Shown: one piece after another, positions 55,667 to 64,000 of the stretch
How positions within the stretch are numbered: the first letter of the stretch is position 1
How the letters are laid out: each line of letters starts with the position of its first letter
DNA from: Armatimonadota bacterium
GTDB taxonomy: Bacteria > Armatimonadota > SYMT01
Direction of reading: 5' to 3'
DNA length: 64,000 bases
Assembly: GCA_041690135.1 (NCBI GenBank)
Contig: JAWLHY010000002.1
Span: 160,001 to 224,000, forward strand
Translations under genes and position numbers: made by a program
Notes under the pieces: model-generated
What the model saw: only the letters and a program-made list of their open reading frames with translations
What the model was told of the DNA's origin: nothing
Databases searched by the model: none

Positions 55667-56944
55667 ATGGAAAACATAGTAGGGAGTGAGAATTTACTGA
55701 CTGGCGCGGAGACGGCCCCTTATGCCCTGGGCGGCATCGCGCCGGGGGCCGTGGCGTTTCCGGGCTCTCGGGAGGAAGTGGCCGCGCTGGTGCGGCTGGC
55801 GGGGGAGAACGGCTGGTCGCTGGTGCCCCACGGCGGCGGCACCCAGTGGGAAACGGGTTTCCCGCCGGAGCGGTTCGATCTGGTGGTTTCCCTACGGCGC
55901 ATGGACCGGGTGGTGGACTACCAGCCGGACGACATGACGATCACCGTGGAGCCGGGAATCCCCCTGGCGACGCTGCAGCAAACCCTGGCCGAACGGCGCC
56001 AGTTCTTGCCGCTCAACCCGCCCCTCCCCGAACGGGCCACTGCCGGCGGGACGGTAGCGGCGGCGGCGGTGGGCCCCTGGGGCGCCGGCTACGGCAGCCC
56101 GCGGGACTGGGTGATCGGCTGCCGGGTCGTCGGGGCGGATGCGCAGGAAGTGCGCGGCGGCGGCCTGGTGGTGAAGAACGTGGCGGGCTATGACCTCCCC
56201 AAACTTTACACCGGCTCGTTCGGCACGCTCGGCATCCTAACGGAAGTTACCTTCAAAGTGATGCCCGCACCGGCGGACCGCGCCTACTGCCGGGTGTTCC
56301 TGCAGAAGGCGGAGGATGCGGAAACTCTGGTGGGCCGCATCCGGGATTCCGATCTCATCCCGGCCTCCGTGGAATTGGTGCACACCGTCCTGTGGCAGTC
56401 GACCTCCGGGCCGGTGGTCGACCGCCCCTGGACCCTATTCCTCGAATTCCACCACGTGCCGGAGGCGCTCCAGTGGCAGTTGGACCAGGTAGGCCAAATG
56501 GCGCGCGATCTCGACGCGGGGTTCGATGCGCTCCCTGCCGCCGCGGGGGAACCGCTTCTGGCCGCGCTCCGGGACCGCCCGGCCCGGCACCGGCTGATCG
56601 CGAAGCTGGTGGTGGTGAGCTCGCGTGTCGCGGGCACGGCGGCCGCCCTGACCGGCTGGTGCGAGAAACGGGGCCTCCCGCCCCTGGTGGTGGCCCATGC
56701 GGTGACCGGCCAAGTCTACCTGTGCGCCGACGGGGATTTTGCGGAGGCGGACGTCCAGGCGATCCGCGAGATTGCCCAGGCTCACCGGGGCTCGTGCGTG
56801 TTCCAGCGCCTGCCGGAGCCGCTCGTTGGGGCGATCGATCCGTGGGGAACCGCTGGGCCGGAGCTGCGGCTGATGCAGGGCATCAAGACCGCCCTGGACC
56901 CCACCGGCCTCTTCAGCCCAGGGCGCTTCGTCGGTCATCTCTGA
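55667..56944 (+). CDS. glcE: Glycolate oxidase FAD-binding subunit GlcE-like
   Basis: GG.VVKNVAGYDL.KL..GS.GTLG, DP.G.F.PGR. Confidence 0.85.
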   Translation: MENIVGSENLLTGAETAPYALGGIAPGAVAFPGSREEVAALVRLAGENGWSLVPHGGGTQWETGFPPERFDLVVSLRRMDRVVDYQPDDMTITVEPGIPLATLQQTLAERRQFLPLNPPLPERATAGGTVAAAAVGPWGAGYGSPRDWVIGCRVVGADAQEVRGGGLVVKNVAGYDLPKLYTGSFGTLGILTEVTFKVMPAPADRAYCRVFLQKAEDAETLVGRIRDSDLIPASVELVHTVLWQSTSGPVVDRPWTLFLEFHHVPEALQWQLDQVGQMARDLDAGFDALPAAAGEPLLAALRDRPARHRLIAKLVVVSSRVAGTAAALTGWCEKRGLPPLVVAHAVTGQVYLCADGDFAEADVQAIREIAQAHRGSCVFQRLPEPLVGAIDPWGTAGPELRLMQGIKTALDPTGLFSPGRFVGHL

Positions 56945-56958
56945 TAGTCCGAACCGGA

Positions 56959-57180
56959 TTCACCGCAGAGACGCCGAGAACGCTGAGGGAACGCGGAGAG
57001 ATGGAAAGAGGATGATGAGACAAACCTGGGATGTCCGGCTAGACTCCAGAGGGCGTGGATCGTGGAGTGGATTACCTAAAGCGTGTGCTGAAAGCCGACA
57101 AGGGAGGGGGCCTTGCTGCGGCCGGATCCCGGTGGTCTCCATTGTTTCTCTCTCTGTGCTCTCTGCGTCTCTGCGGTTAA
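56959..57180. repeat. Inverted pair of ACCGCAGAGACGC nonamer-type repeats between glcE and glcF
   Basis: TTCACCGCAGAGACGCCGAG... and ...CTCTGCGTCTCTGCGGTTAA. Confidence 0.75.
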
Positions 57181-57186
57181 CAAGAA

Positions 57187-58473
57187 ATGTCTGAATTACC
57201 AGTAATCCCCGGCCTGGATACGGAAGATCTCATGGACTGCGTCCACTGCGGGATCTGTCTCTCCGCGTGCCCGACGTACGACCTCCTGGGCACGGAGGGC
57301 GACTCGCCGCGGGGCCGGATTTACCTGGTCCGGGCACTGGCCGAGGGGCGGACCGAGCTGAACGAGAGCGTGGTGAAGCACTTCGACAGTTGCCTCGGCT
57401 GCCGGGCATGCGAAACGGCCTGTCCGTCCGCTGTCCACTACGGGGAGTTCCTCACGGTGATCCGCGACGAGATCGAGCGGAAGCACCCGCGCTCGTCCCG
57501 AGAGCAGACCTCCCGCAAGCTGCTGTTGGACCTCCTCACCAACCCGCGCAAGATGGCGCCGCTGATGGTGGGTGCGAAGGCGATGAACGGCCTCTTTGGC
57601 TCGAAGAGCGGGCCGGTGGCCATGGTCAACCGCTACCTCTTTGGTCCCAACGCGCCGGCGGTGCCCGTCCCGGAGGAAGTCGGTTTTACGGTCAAGCCGC
57701 TGCCGGAATTCACCCCCGCCCGCGGCGAGAAGCGCGCCCGCGTGGCGGTGCTGGCCGGCTGCGTGATGCAGGTGCTCTTCCAGCGGGTCAACCGCGCCAC
57801 CGTGCGGGTGCTGGCGGAGAACGGCTGCGACGTGCTGGTCCCGCGCAGCCTGGGCTGCTGCGGCGCCTTCCACATGCACAACGGCTACCTGGACGAAGCG
57901 CGCGACCGGGCGCGGGCGCTGATCGAGGCATTCGAGAAGGAGCCGGTGGACGCCCTGATCATCAACAGCGCCGGCTGCGGCTCCAGCATCAAGGAGTACC
58001 CGGAGGTCTTCCACGCCGCCGCGGACGGCGACCGGAGCTGGGAAGAGCGTGCCCGCGCCATCGCCGCTAAGGCGAAGGACATCAGCGAGTTCCTGCACGA
58101 GCTGGGCCTGCGCCCGCCCACCCGCGAGCTGCCGAAGCGGGTGGCCTACCACGACGCCTGCCACCTGGCCCACGGCCAGAAGATCCGCACCCAGCCCCGC
58201 GAGCTCCTCCAGGCAATCCCCGGCCTCGAGCTGGTGGAGTTCGCCAACTCGGACTGGTGCTGCGGCAGCGCCGGGATCTACAACTTCCTCCAGCCGGAGT
58301 TGGCCGGTCAACTCCAGGAGAAGAAGGTGACCAACATCCTGGACGTCGACCCGGAGATGGTCGTGATGGGAAACCCCGGCTGCCACTCCTGGATCGAATC
58401 CGGTATCCGCTCCCGCGGCAAGACTATCCCCGTCAAGCACACTGTGGAAGTCCTCGACGAGGCGTACGGGTAA
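57187..58473 (+). CDS. glcF: Glycolate oxidase Fe-S subunit GlcF-like
   Basis: CVHCG.CL..CPTY, CLGCRACETACPS, two CCG domains, YHDACHL.H. Confidence 0.9.
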   Translation: MSELPVIPGLDTEDLMDCVHCGICLSACPTYDLLGTEGDSPRGRIYLVRALAEGRTELNESVVKHFDSCLGCRACETACPSAVHYGEFLTVIRDEIERKHPRSSREQTSRKLLLDLLTNPRKMAPLMVGAKAMNGLFGSKSGPVAMVNRYLFGPNAPAVPVPEEVGFTVKPLPEFTPARGEKRARVAVLAGCVMQVLFQRVNRATVRVLAENGCDVLVPRSLGCCGAFHMHNGYLDEARDRARALIEAFEKEPVDALIINSAGCGSSIKEYPEVFHAAADGDRSWEERARAIAAKAKDISEFLHELGLRPPTRELPKRVAYHDACHLAHGQKIRTQPRELLQAIPGLELVEFANSDWCCGSAGIYNFLQPELAGQLQEKKVTNILDVDPEMVVMGNPGCHSWIESGIRSRGKTIPVKHTVEVLDEAYG

Positions 58474-58539
58474 CCGGGACCAGGCTCACCGCAAAGACGC
58501 AAAGGAGCGCAAAGGACCGCAAAGATGTCGGAGTCTCGC

Positions 58540-59142
58540 ACCAAGCGGCCAAACAGGCACCATTCGGGTGTAGCTTAGGATACGCTGCGACGCGGTTCGG
58601 ATCACGTGGCGGAAGATGTCAAAGCCTTCGAGAAGAAGGAAGACGGCGTCATTGCGAAGGAGCCTTAGCGACTGCGAGTTCACCCGGCGAAGCATAGGGC
58701 AATCCCCCTGTCCTTTACATCCCCACCTTTGTGACCGTGCACTGGCGTTGCAGAACCACGTGCGGAACATTGCGCCGAAGAGCCGCCCACAGTGGCCAAG
58801 AACTTGCTCCATTCACCAGGGGATTTGCCGCGCCAGGATCCCGCGAACGGGAGGCTCGGAATGATGGAACACTGCGACGCGCTCCGATGCCCCGCATGGT
58901 TTCGCAGGCAATTTGCCGAGGCGCTTGCGTGGTGCAGCGGCCGCGCCTCACTCGATGACCCGGAACATTGCCTGCGCTCTCGGGAGCTTCAACCCGATCT
59001 TGGATCCTCTCCGGAAGGGGCACGGTGGCTCGAGGTCAACCGGAGTGGCTGCGGGAGTTTGCCGGGCAACTGCGGTAACGGGCGCTTCTGTCGAAAGGCG
59101 TGGAACTGGAGCGAGTCCCAACTATCCGGAATTTCCGGATAG
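58540..59142. pseudogene. Degraded gene remnants (possible HEPN-like on minus strand; frameshifted hypothetical on plus strand)
   Basis: Minus strand NG/EQVL...FRHVIR; plus strand F..Q.AE..AWC...DP..CLRS..L.P followed by a frameshift and stop. Confidence 0.3.
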
Positions 59143-59192
59143 TTCAAGCGGAAGGCCGCAACCTGGGACTTGAACGAAGACCGGTAGCGGTG

Positions 59193-59525
59193 TTATCGCT
59201 TCGGGGGCAGGGTGGCGGCGAAGGCGGCGGCGCGGTCGAGCCAGCGCTGGAGATCCGCGTCCGACGCGTAGCCGGCGGGGTCGACGTAGACCATTGAGCG
59301 CATGGCCCGGCCCGTGAAGTCCATCTCTCGCACGTGGGGCTCCTCAAGGGCGGCGGCCGCGGCTTCCGGTCCGAGGCGGAGCATCAGGTCGGAGCCCACC
59401 AGGCCGCAGCACATGTTGCCGTAGAGCATGAAGCAGAGGCCACCGAACATCTTCCGTTCGGAGTAGCCGTCGCGGGTTTCCAGGAGGGCGCGGACCCGGT
59501 CCGCCGCCGGTTCATCGTAAGCCAT
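59193..59525 (-). CDS. TfoX/Sxy N-terminal domain protein
   Basis: MAYDE..A.RVR, KMFGGLCF...GNM..G, MDFTGR.M, L..W. Confidence 0.9.
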   Translation of the reverse strand: MAYDEPAADRVRALLETRDGYSERKMFGGLCFMLYGNMCCGLVGSDLMLRLGPEAAAAALEEPHVREMDFTGRAMRSMVYVDPAGYASDADLQRWLDRAAAFAATLPPKR

Positions 59526-59731
59526 CGGTACTTCCGGGGGCAGGGAGGAGCACAGGGGCGAACAACCCCTCGCCGACTTACTCTTACTCCTGCTCCTACC
59601 TCACTCCTCCCGCCTCGGAAGCAAATAGGCGACTAAAGTCGCAGGCTGAAAAGGCGCGAAGTCGGCCTACGCCGACTTACTCTTGCTCTTAACTCTTACT
59701 GCAGCCGATCGTGCGAACCCATAGCTAACGT

Positions 59732-59862
59732 CCTGAACACCCGAACCCCCGAATATTTACGCCCCACGGGGGTGCCCGAACGTTTACCCCCCATAGGGGG
59801 GCCTGAACGTTTACCCCCCACAGGGGGACCTGAACGTTTACCCCCATAGGGGGGCCTGAACA
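59732..59862 (+). repeat. 27-bp tandem array made of an octamer plus a 19-nt hairpin, 4 units
   Basis: CC(C/T)GAA(TA/CG) alternating with TTTACGCCCCACGGGGGTG / TTTACCCCCCATAGGGGGG / TTTACCCCCCACAGGGGGA / TTTACCCCCATAGGGGGG. Confidence 0.9.
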
Positions 59863-59893
59863 CCGGCGGACGGGACGTCCGCGCTCCCAACGC

Positions 59894-60463
59894 CTACGCC
59901 GCGTACGGCATCTTCCCCTCCCGAGTCTCCGCGGCGGAGCTCTGCGCCAGGGCTCCGGCCACTTCGGCCACGCGTCGTCCCAGGCTGCGCGCGATCTTCC
60001 GGTCCGCCTCGCTCAGGTGGGGGTGGTCCTGGTTGGCTACGAACGTCGCGCCGTAGGCCGCGCCGGTCTCCATGATCTCCGCCTGCGGGATGTAGGGGCC
60101 GGTGACCACCATACTGCTGCCCAGCATCACGCGGAGGATCGTCTCCAGGGTGGTCTCCACGCCGCCGTGTTCTCCGCCGCTCGTGGCGAACGCACCGCCG
60201 GCTTTCCCGGCCAATCCGCCGCCCATCCAGACCTCGCCGAGGGTGGTGTCCATAAACTTCTTCATCTGGTGCGAGACCGTTCCGCCGTATACCGGCGACC
60301 CCAGGATCAGGCCGTCCGCGCTGCGGAGGTCGTCCGCCGTCACCTGCTCGATCGCCGCGAGCCGAACGTCGGCCCCCCGGACCTCGCGCGCGCCCGCCGC
60401 GATCTCCTGCGCCAGCTCCTCCGTATGCCCGTGCTCGCTGTGGTAGGCAATCAACATCCGCAT
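59894..60463 (-). CDS. WrbA-like flavodoxin / NAD(P)H:quinone oxidoreductase
   Basis: YHS..GHT, GSPVYGG, L.GK.GGAF..SGG.HGG.ET. Confidence 0.85.
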   Translation of the reverse strand: MRMLIAYHSEHGHTEELAQEIAAGAREVRGADVRLAAIEQVTADDLRSADGLILGSPVYGGTVSHQMKKFMDTTLGEVWMGGGLAGKAGGAFATSGGEHGGVETTLETILRVMLGSSMVVTGPYIPQAEIMETGAAYGATFVANQDHPHLSEADRKIARSLGRRVAEVAGALAQSSAAETREGKMPYAA

Positions 60464-60628
60464 CGTCAGCTCTCCTCTCTCGTCCACGGCTCAACACGGC
60501 CTATCTACCCGGAATACGCAAGGATTCCACCGGAAAGCTTCGGCCGATAAGGGTGAGATTCGGCCTACGCCCTTCCTCATCGTCATCCTTATCCTTATCT
60601 TCATCCTGATCGGCCGAAGGCCCGCCCC

Positions 60629-62308
60629 TCACCCTTCCAGGAACTCTGCTTGGCGGATTGCCTCGAGCCGCCGCAGTTTGAGGTGGTAGAACAGGCAACT
60701 GGCCCCCACGTTCAGCGCCAGGCTGAGTCCCGCGACCCACCACACCCAGGAAGAACGGAAGAATCCGGCAAACCCCGTGACGATGCATCCGGCGACCGCC
60801 GCTCCTAACAGCAGCCAGGCGGTGAAGTAGCCGTCGCGCTCACCCTCCGAGACCTCCGGGTCGGGCATCCCGTTTTGCTTGAAGCTGAAGGCGACCAGGA
60901 GGTTGTTGGTGATGAGCGTCGGAAAGAGGCCGATTCCGGCGGGAATGAGCCTTACTACGAGGTCCGGAACCAGAATGAGCAACGGCGTGAGGAGGGCGAT
61001 CCCCACTCCGAATTGCCGCCCGATCCCGTGCATGAACGCGGCGGACATCCGTCCCTTCATCAGCTCCCGGCTGCTCATGGGGGACAGGAGGAGCGACGAA
61101 AGCGCTTGCGAGTTACACTCCTGCTGCCAGCGGGTCGCCGCCTGCGCCCCGACACTCGCGAAGAAGATCGACCAGAGCCCGTAGCCGCCGGAAGTGAAGA
61201 GCAGCCGCATGGCTCCGCGCCAGCTACCTTCGATCGCACGAGCGAACAGGAGCAAAAGCACGCCGGACAGGAGGCCGTACAGCGCGGCCCGGCGCATGGA
61301 GGTGCGCCGGGAGTGCAGGCGGTAGTCGAGGAGCAGCACCGGGTTCTGGGTGCGGGCGGCGATCCAGCGCAGTTCCGCGGCGCTCCACGGATCGGAGAAC
61401 TGGAGCGGCACCCAGCGCGCCGGAACGGCCCAGGCCAGCCCCGGCAGCAGGAGCAAGATGAACCCGGCCACACCCGGCAGCCGCTGCCAGAGGGCGCCGA
61501 TCCCGAGCCAGTAGCAGGCCAGGCAGGCCGTCAGCCGCAGGTGATAGGCCCGCCGCTCGAATTGCTCCGAGCCCAGCGGCGTGGCCGCGGTAAAGAGGAC
61601 CGCCGCGAGCCCCAGCCCGGCCATCCCGAGCCAGAGCGGCCAGAGGGGCACGGGAACCCCGAACAACAGGGTGGTCGCCCCCACGTGGAGTGCGCGCCCG
61701 GCTCTGGTCAGAAAGAAGAAGGCGACGCCCACGATGAGCAGCGCCCCCTTGGTGGCTTCCCGCCGGAGGGCGGGGAGAAGCACCGTCTTCTCCTGTCCCG
61801 GCGCCACCGGGGTGTCCGGCACCAGGGGTGGAAAAAGGAGCGGCACGCAGAGTCCGGCGAGGGCGGCCACCCCCGCCTGCCCGGTCAGCACCGGAAGCCG
61901 GCTCATCGGCTCGATCCCCACCAGGATCGCCATGAGATAGACCGGCATTCCCAGGCCCACGACCGTGGCGCAAAGACTTACCGGAAAGGCCAGCTTGGCC
62001 GCCAGCCACGGAAAGGGGCGGTATGGAAGGAGCAGGACGGCTTCCAGCGTATGCGAGCGCTGTTCCGCGCTGTACACCCGCCAGCTCCCATACACGCCGG
62101 CCGCGCAGCAACTGAACAGGTGAACGAACCGGGTCGGCCAGATATTATGGCCCCACCAGGCCTGCGCCCCCGTCAGGTGCAACAGGACGATGATGAGTAC
62201 CGGAAGCGCCAGCAATGCGGCTACAAACGCCGCAACGGCTCGGAAGCTCCTGCAGTACCTTTCATGTTGTCGCAGTTCGCGGATCAGGAATGGGTTGTCC
62301 CGGAACAA
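60629..62308 (-). CDS. Polytopic membrane protein with two ABC-2-permease-like modules
   Basis: NPFL.RELR / NPVL..DYR starts; E....TLE..LL.P and E....L..LLLSP.S..E...G. Confidence 0.6.
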   Translation of the reverse strand: MFRDNPFLIRELRQHERYCRSFRAVAAFVAALLALPVLIIVLLHLTGAQAWWGHNIWPTRFVHLFSCCAAGVYGSWRVYSAEQRSHTLEAVLLLPYRPFPWLAAKLAFPVSLCATVVGLGMPVYLMAILVGIEPMSRLPVLTGQAGVAALAGLCVPLLFPPLVPDTPVAPGQEKTVLLPALRREATKGALLIVGVAFFFLTRAGRALHVGATTLLFGVPVPLWPLWLGMAGLGLAAVLFTAATPLGSEQFERRAYHLRLTACLACYWLGIGALWQRLPGVAGFILLLLPGLAWAVPARWVPLQFSDPWSAAELRWIAARTQNPVLLLDYRLHSRRTSMRRAALYGLLSGVLLLLFARAIEGSWRGAMRLLFTSGGYGLWSIFFASVGAQAATRWQQECNSQALSSLLLSPMSSRELMKGRMSAAFMHGIGRQFGVGIALLTPLLILVPDLVVRLIPAGIGLFPTLITNNLLVAFSFKQNGMPDPEVSEGERDGYFTAWLLLGAAVAGCIVTGFAGFFRSSWVWWVAGLSLALNVGASCLFYHLKLRRLEAIRQAEFLEG

Positions 62309-62446
62309 CGTGAGCGTCCTTCGAATGCAGTGGGTTGTAGCTCGGTTCCCTGCCGGTCCGGCGGTTTCCTGCCGCGGCGCCGGTTCTGGTATAGTTGAAC
62401 GAGAGTTTCCTTACGCCGTTGCGTTCCGCGACAGAGAGGCCCTTAC

Positions 62447-64000
62447 GTGGAGAGCGGTTTCCTCCCCCCGTCCGGCGGCACACCCCAGGCGGAGTCGGTC
62501 TGCGGCCACTGCGGCTCGAGTCTTCTCCAGGCTTGCGGCGGCTGCCGTTCCCCGATGCCGGCGGCTTTCCGCTTCTGCGGCCACTGCGGATCCGCGCTCA
62601 CTCGCGCCTGCCCCGGCTGCGGCGCGACCATGCCCGCGGCCTACCGCTACTGCGGGATGTGCGGCGGCACCCTCGGTGAAGCGGATGCGGAGGGCGCATT
62701 TGCCGCCAAGCCCGCGCTTCCGGTGCGTCCCGTCCCCGTTTCACCCCGGCCGCTTCCCGCCCGCTCCCCGGAAACCCCGGAGCCCCTGGGGGAGCAGCGA
62801 CGACGGGTGGCTATCCTGTTTGCCGACCTTTCCGGCTCCACGGCGATGTCGGACCGCCTCGAAGTCGAAACCTCCTACCGGCTGGTCAGTGAGTGCGTGA
62901 CCGGTCTCGGCCGGATCGTCTCCGAGGCCGGCGGGTACGTCGTGAAGACCCTGGGCGATGGGCTGATGGCCCTCTTCGGCGCGCCCCTCGCCCACGGCGA
63001 CGATGCGGCCCGCGCGGCCCGCGCGGGGCTCTGGATGCAGGCGTGGATGGAGCGCCGGGGCCGGAATGTGGAGGAGCGCTACGGGGTGCGCCTCCGCCTC
63101 CGCGTGGGGATCAACTACGGCAGTGTCGTCGCGGCGCCAATCACGGCGGGCGACCGTTTCCAGTACGACGTCCTGGGTGATGCGGTCAACGTGGCACAGC
63201 GGCTGGAGGCGGCGGCCGAGCCGGGGACCGTCACCGTCAGCGAGGCGTTCTACCGGATCACGCGCGGCGAGTTCGCGTATCTCGACCTCGGCACGGCGCG
63301 GGTCAAGGGGAAGCCCGAGCCGCTGCGCCTGTTCCGGCTCTCCGGCGAGTTACCGCCGTCCGAGCGACGGGCGGTCGAGAATGCATTTCCGCTGGCGGGT
63401 CGCGATGCGGAGCTGTCCCGGCTCCTGGCCGCCGTCCAGCAACTCCAGCAGGGCCACGGGGCCCTGGCGGCGGTTACCGGGGAAGGCGGGATGGGAAAGA
63501 GCCGTCTCCTGGAAGAGCTGTCCGGCGAGCTGGTTTCCCGCGGTCTACCGCTGCTGGTCGCCACCGGGACGGAAGCCGGCCGGACGAACCCCCTGGGCCT
63601 CTGGCGAGGCTGGCTGGCCCACCTGCTGCCGCTTCCGGAGAACGCTGACTACGACCGTACGTGCGCGGCCCTGGCGGAGACGCTGGAAGGGACCCCGGCG
63701 GCAGCGGCGGCGGAGTGGCTGGCGGCGATCCAGGTGGACCCGCAGCGGCTGCTGGCGCTGCCTTCGGAAGCTCGGGACACCCTGCTGCTGGACACCCTGC
63801 GGAGCTTCCTCCGTTACTGGAGCGGAGAGCAGCCCGCCGCCCTGCTGGTGGACGAAGCCGGGCTGGTCGACTCCCTTTCCCGCGACCTGCTGGTCCGCCT
63901 GGTCCGGGGAGATGCGGGCTCGCCGGTCCCGCCCCTTCTGGTAGTCCTCGCCGGCCGGCCCTCCAACGCCTTCCCTCCCTCCGCGGAGCCGGTCATCGAG
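62447..64000 (+). CDS. Zinc-ribbon + class III adenylate cyclase + P-loop ATPase protein (3'-truncated by window)
   Basis: Not in the ORF track because it runs off the end; GTG after GAGAGG; five CxxC motifs; ILFADLSGST, KTLGDG, DVLGDAVNVAQRL; GEGGMGKS. Confidence 0.9.
   Translation, partial: MESGFLPPSGGTPQAESVCGHCGSSLLQACGGCRSPMPAAFRFCGHCGSALTRACPGCGATMPAAYRYCGMCGGTLGEADAEGAFAAKPALPVRPVPVSPRPLPARSPETPEPLGEQRRRVAILFADLSGSTAMSDRLEVETSYRLVSECVTGLGRIVSEAGGYVVKTLGDGLMALFGAPLAHGDDAARAARAGLWMQAWMERRGRNVEERYGVRLRLRVGINYGSVVAAPITAGDRFQYDVLGDAVNVAQRLEAAAEPGTVTVSEAFYRITRGEFAYLDLGTARVKGKPEPLRLFRLSGELPPSERRAVENAFPLAGRDAELSRLLAAVQQLQQGHGALAAVTGEGGMGKSRLLEELSGELVSRGLPLLVATGTEAGRTNPLGLWRGWLAHLLPLPENADYDRTCAALAETLEGTPAAAAAEWLAAIQVDPQRLLALPSEARDTLLLDTLRSFLRYWSGEQPAALLVDEAGLVDSLSRDLLVRLVRGDAGSPVPPLLVVLAGRPSNAFPPSAEPVIE

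Noticed and set aside
59732-59862. Possible CRISPR array
   Set aside because: The period is only 27 bp, the intervening sequences are near-identical rather than unique spacers, and no cas genes are present.
63003-63944. 313-aa plus-strand ORF in the track
   Set aside because: Wrong frame; the real gene is the cyclase/ATPase starting at 62447.

Overview
High-GC bacterial chromosome segment. The gene repertoire (DUF1501 and DUF1549/1553 pair, DUF3500, DUF1080, FG-GAP plus Ig-like repeat protein, twin ABC-2-like permease) suggests Armatimonadota or a Planctomycetota-like lineage; this is inference. It is mostly housekeeping and catabolic: folD, msrA, glcDEF, a wrbA-like gene, a queD/PTPS-like gene, sugar ABC components, GH127, GH106, a sulfatase, a DegT aminotransferase with a Gfo/Idh/MocA partner, a bphO-bphP-hybrid kinase light-sensing operon, tRNA-Gln(UUG) and a zinc-ribbon/cyclase/ATPase gene cut by the window end. 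No integrase, transposase or CRISPR-Cas is visible. The most notable items are: (1) a 19-nt TTTA(C/G)+hairpin micro-element that appears to be inserted precisely into unrelated intergenic repeats, with at least 8 copies; (2) a DUF488-RecQ fusion transcribed divergently from a toxin-first RES/Xre-type TA pair; (3) a 744-aa distant BshC-like orphan; (4) a DUF1080-STN-like fusion; (5) many 6-9-nt short tandem repeat and REP-like families, one of which sits in frame inside an ABC permease. All domain calls come from motif recognition by eye, not database searches.
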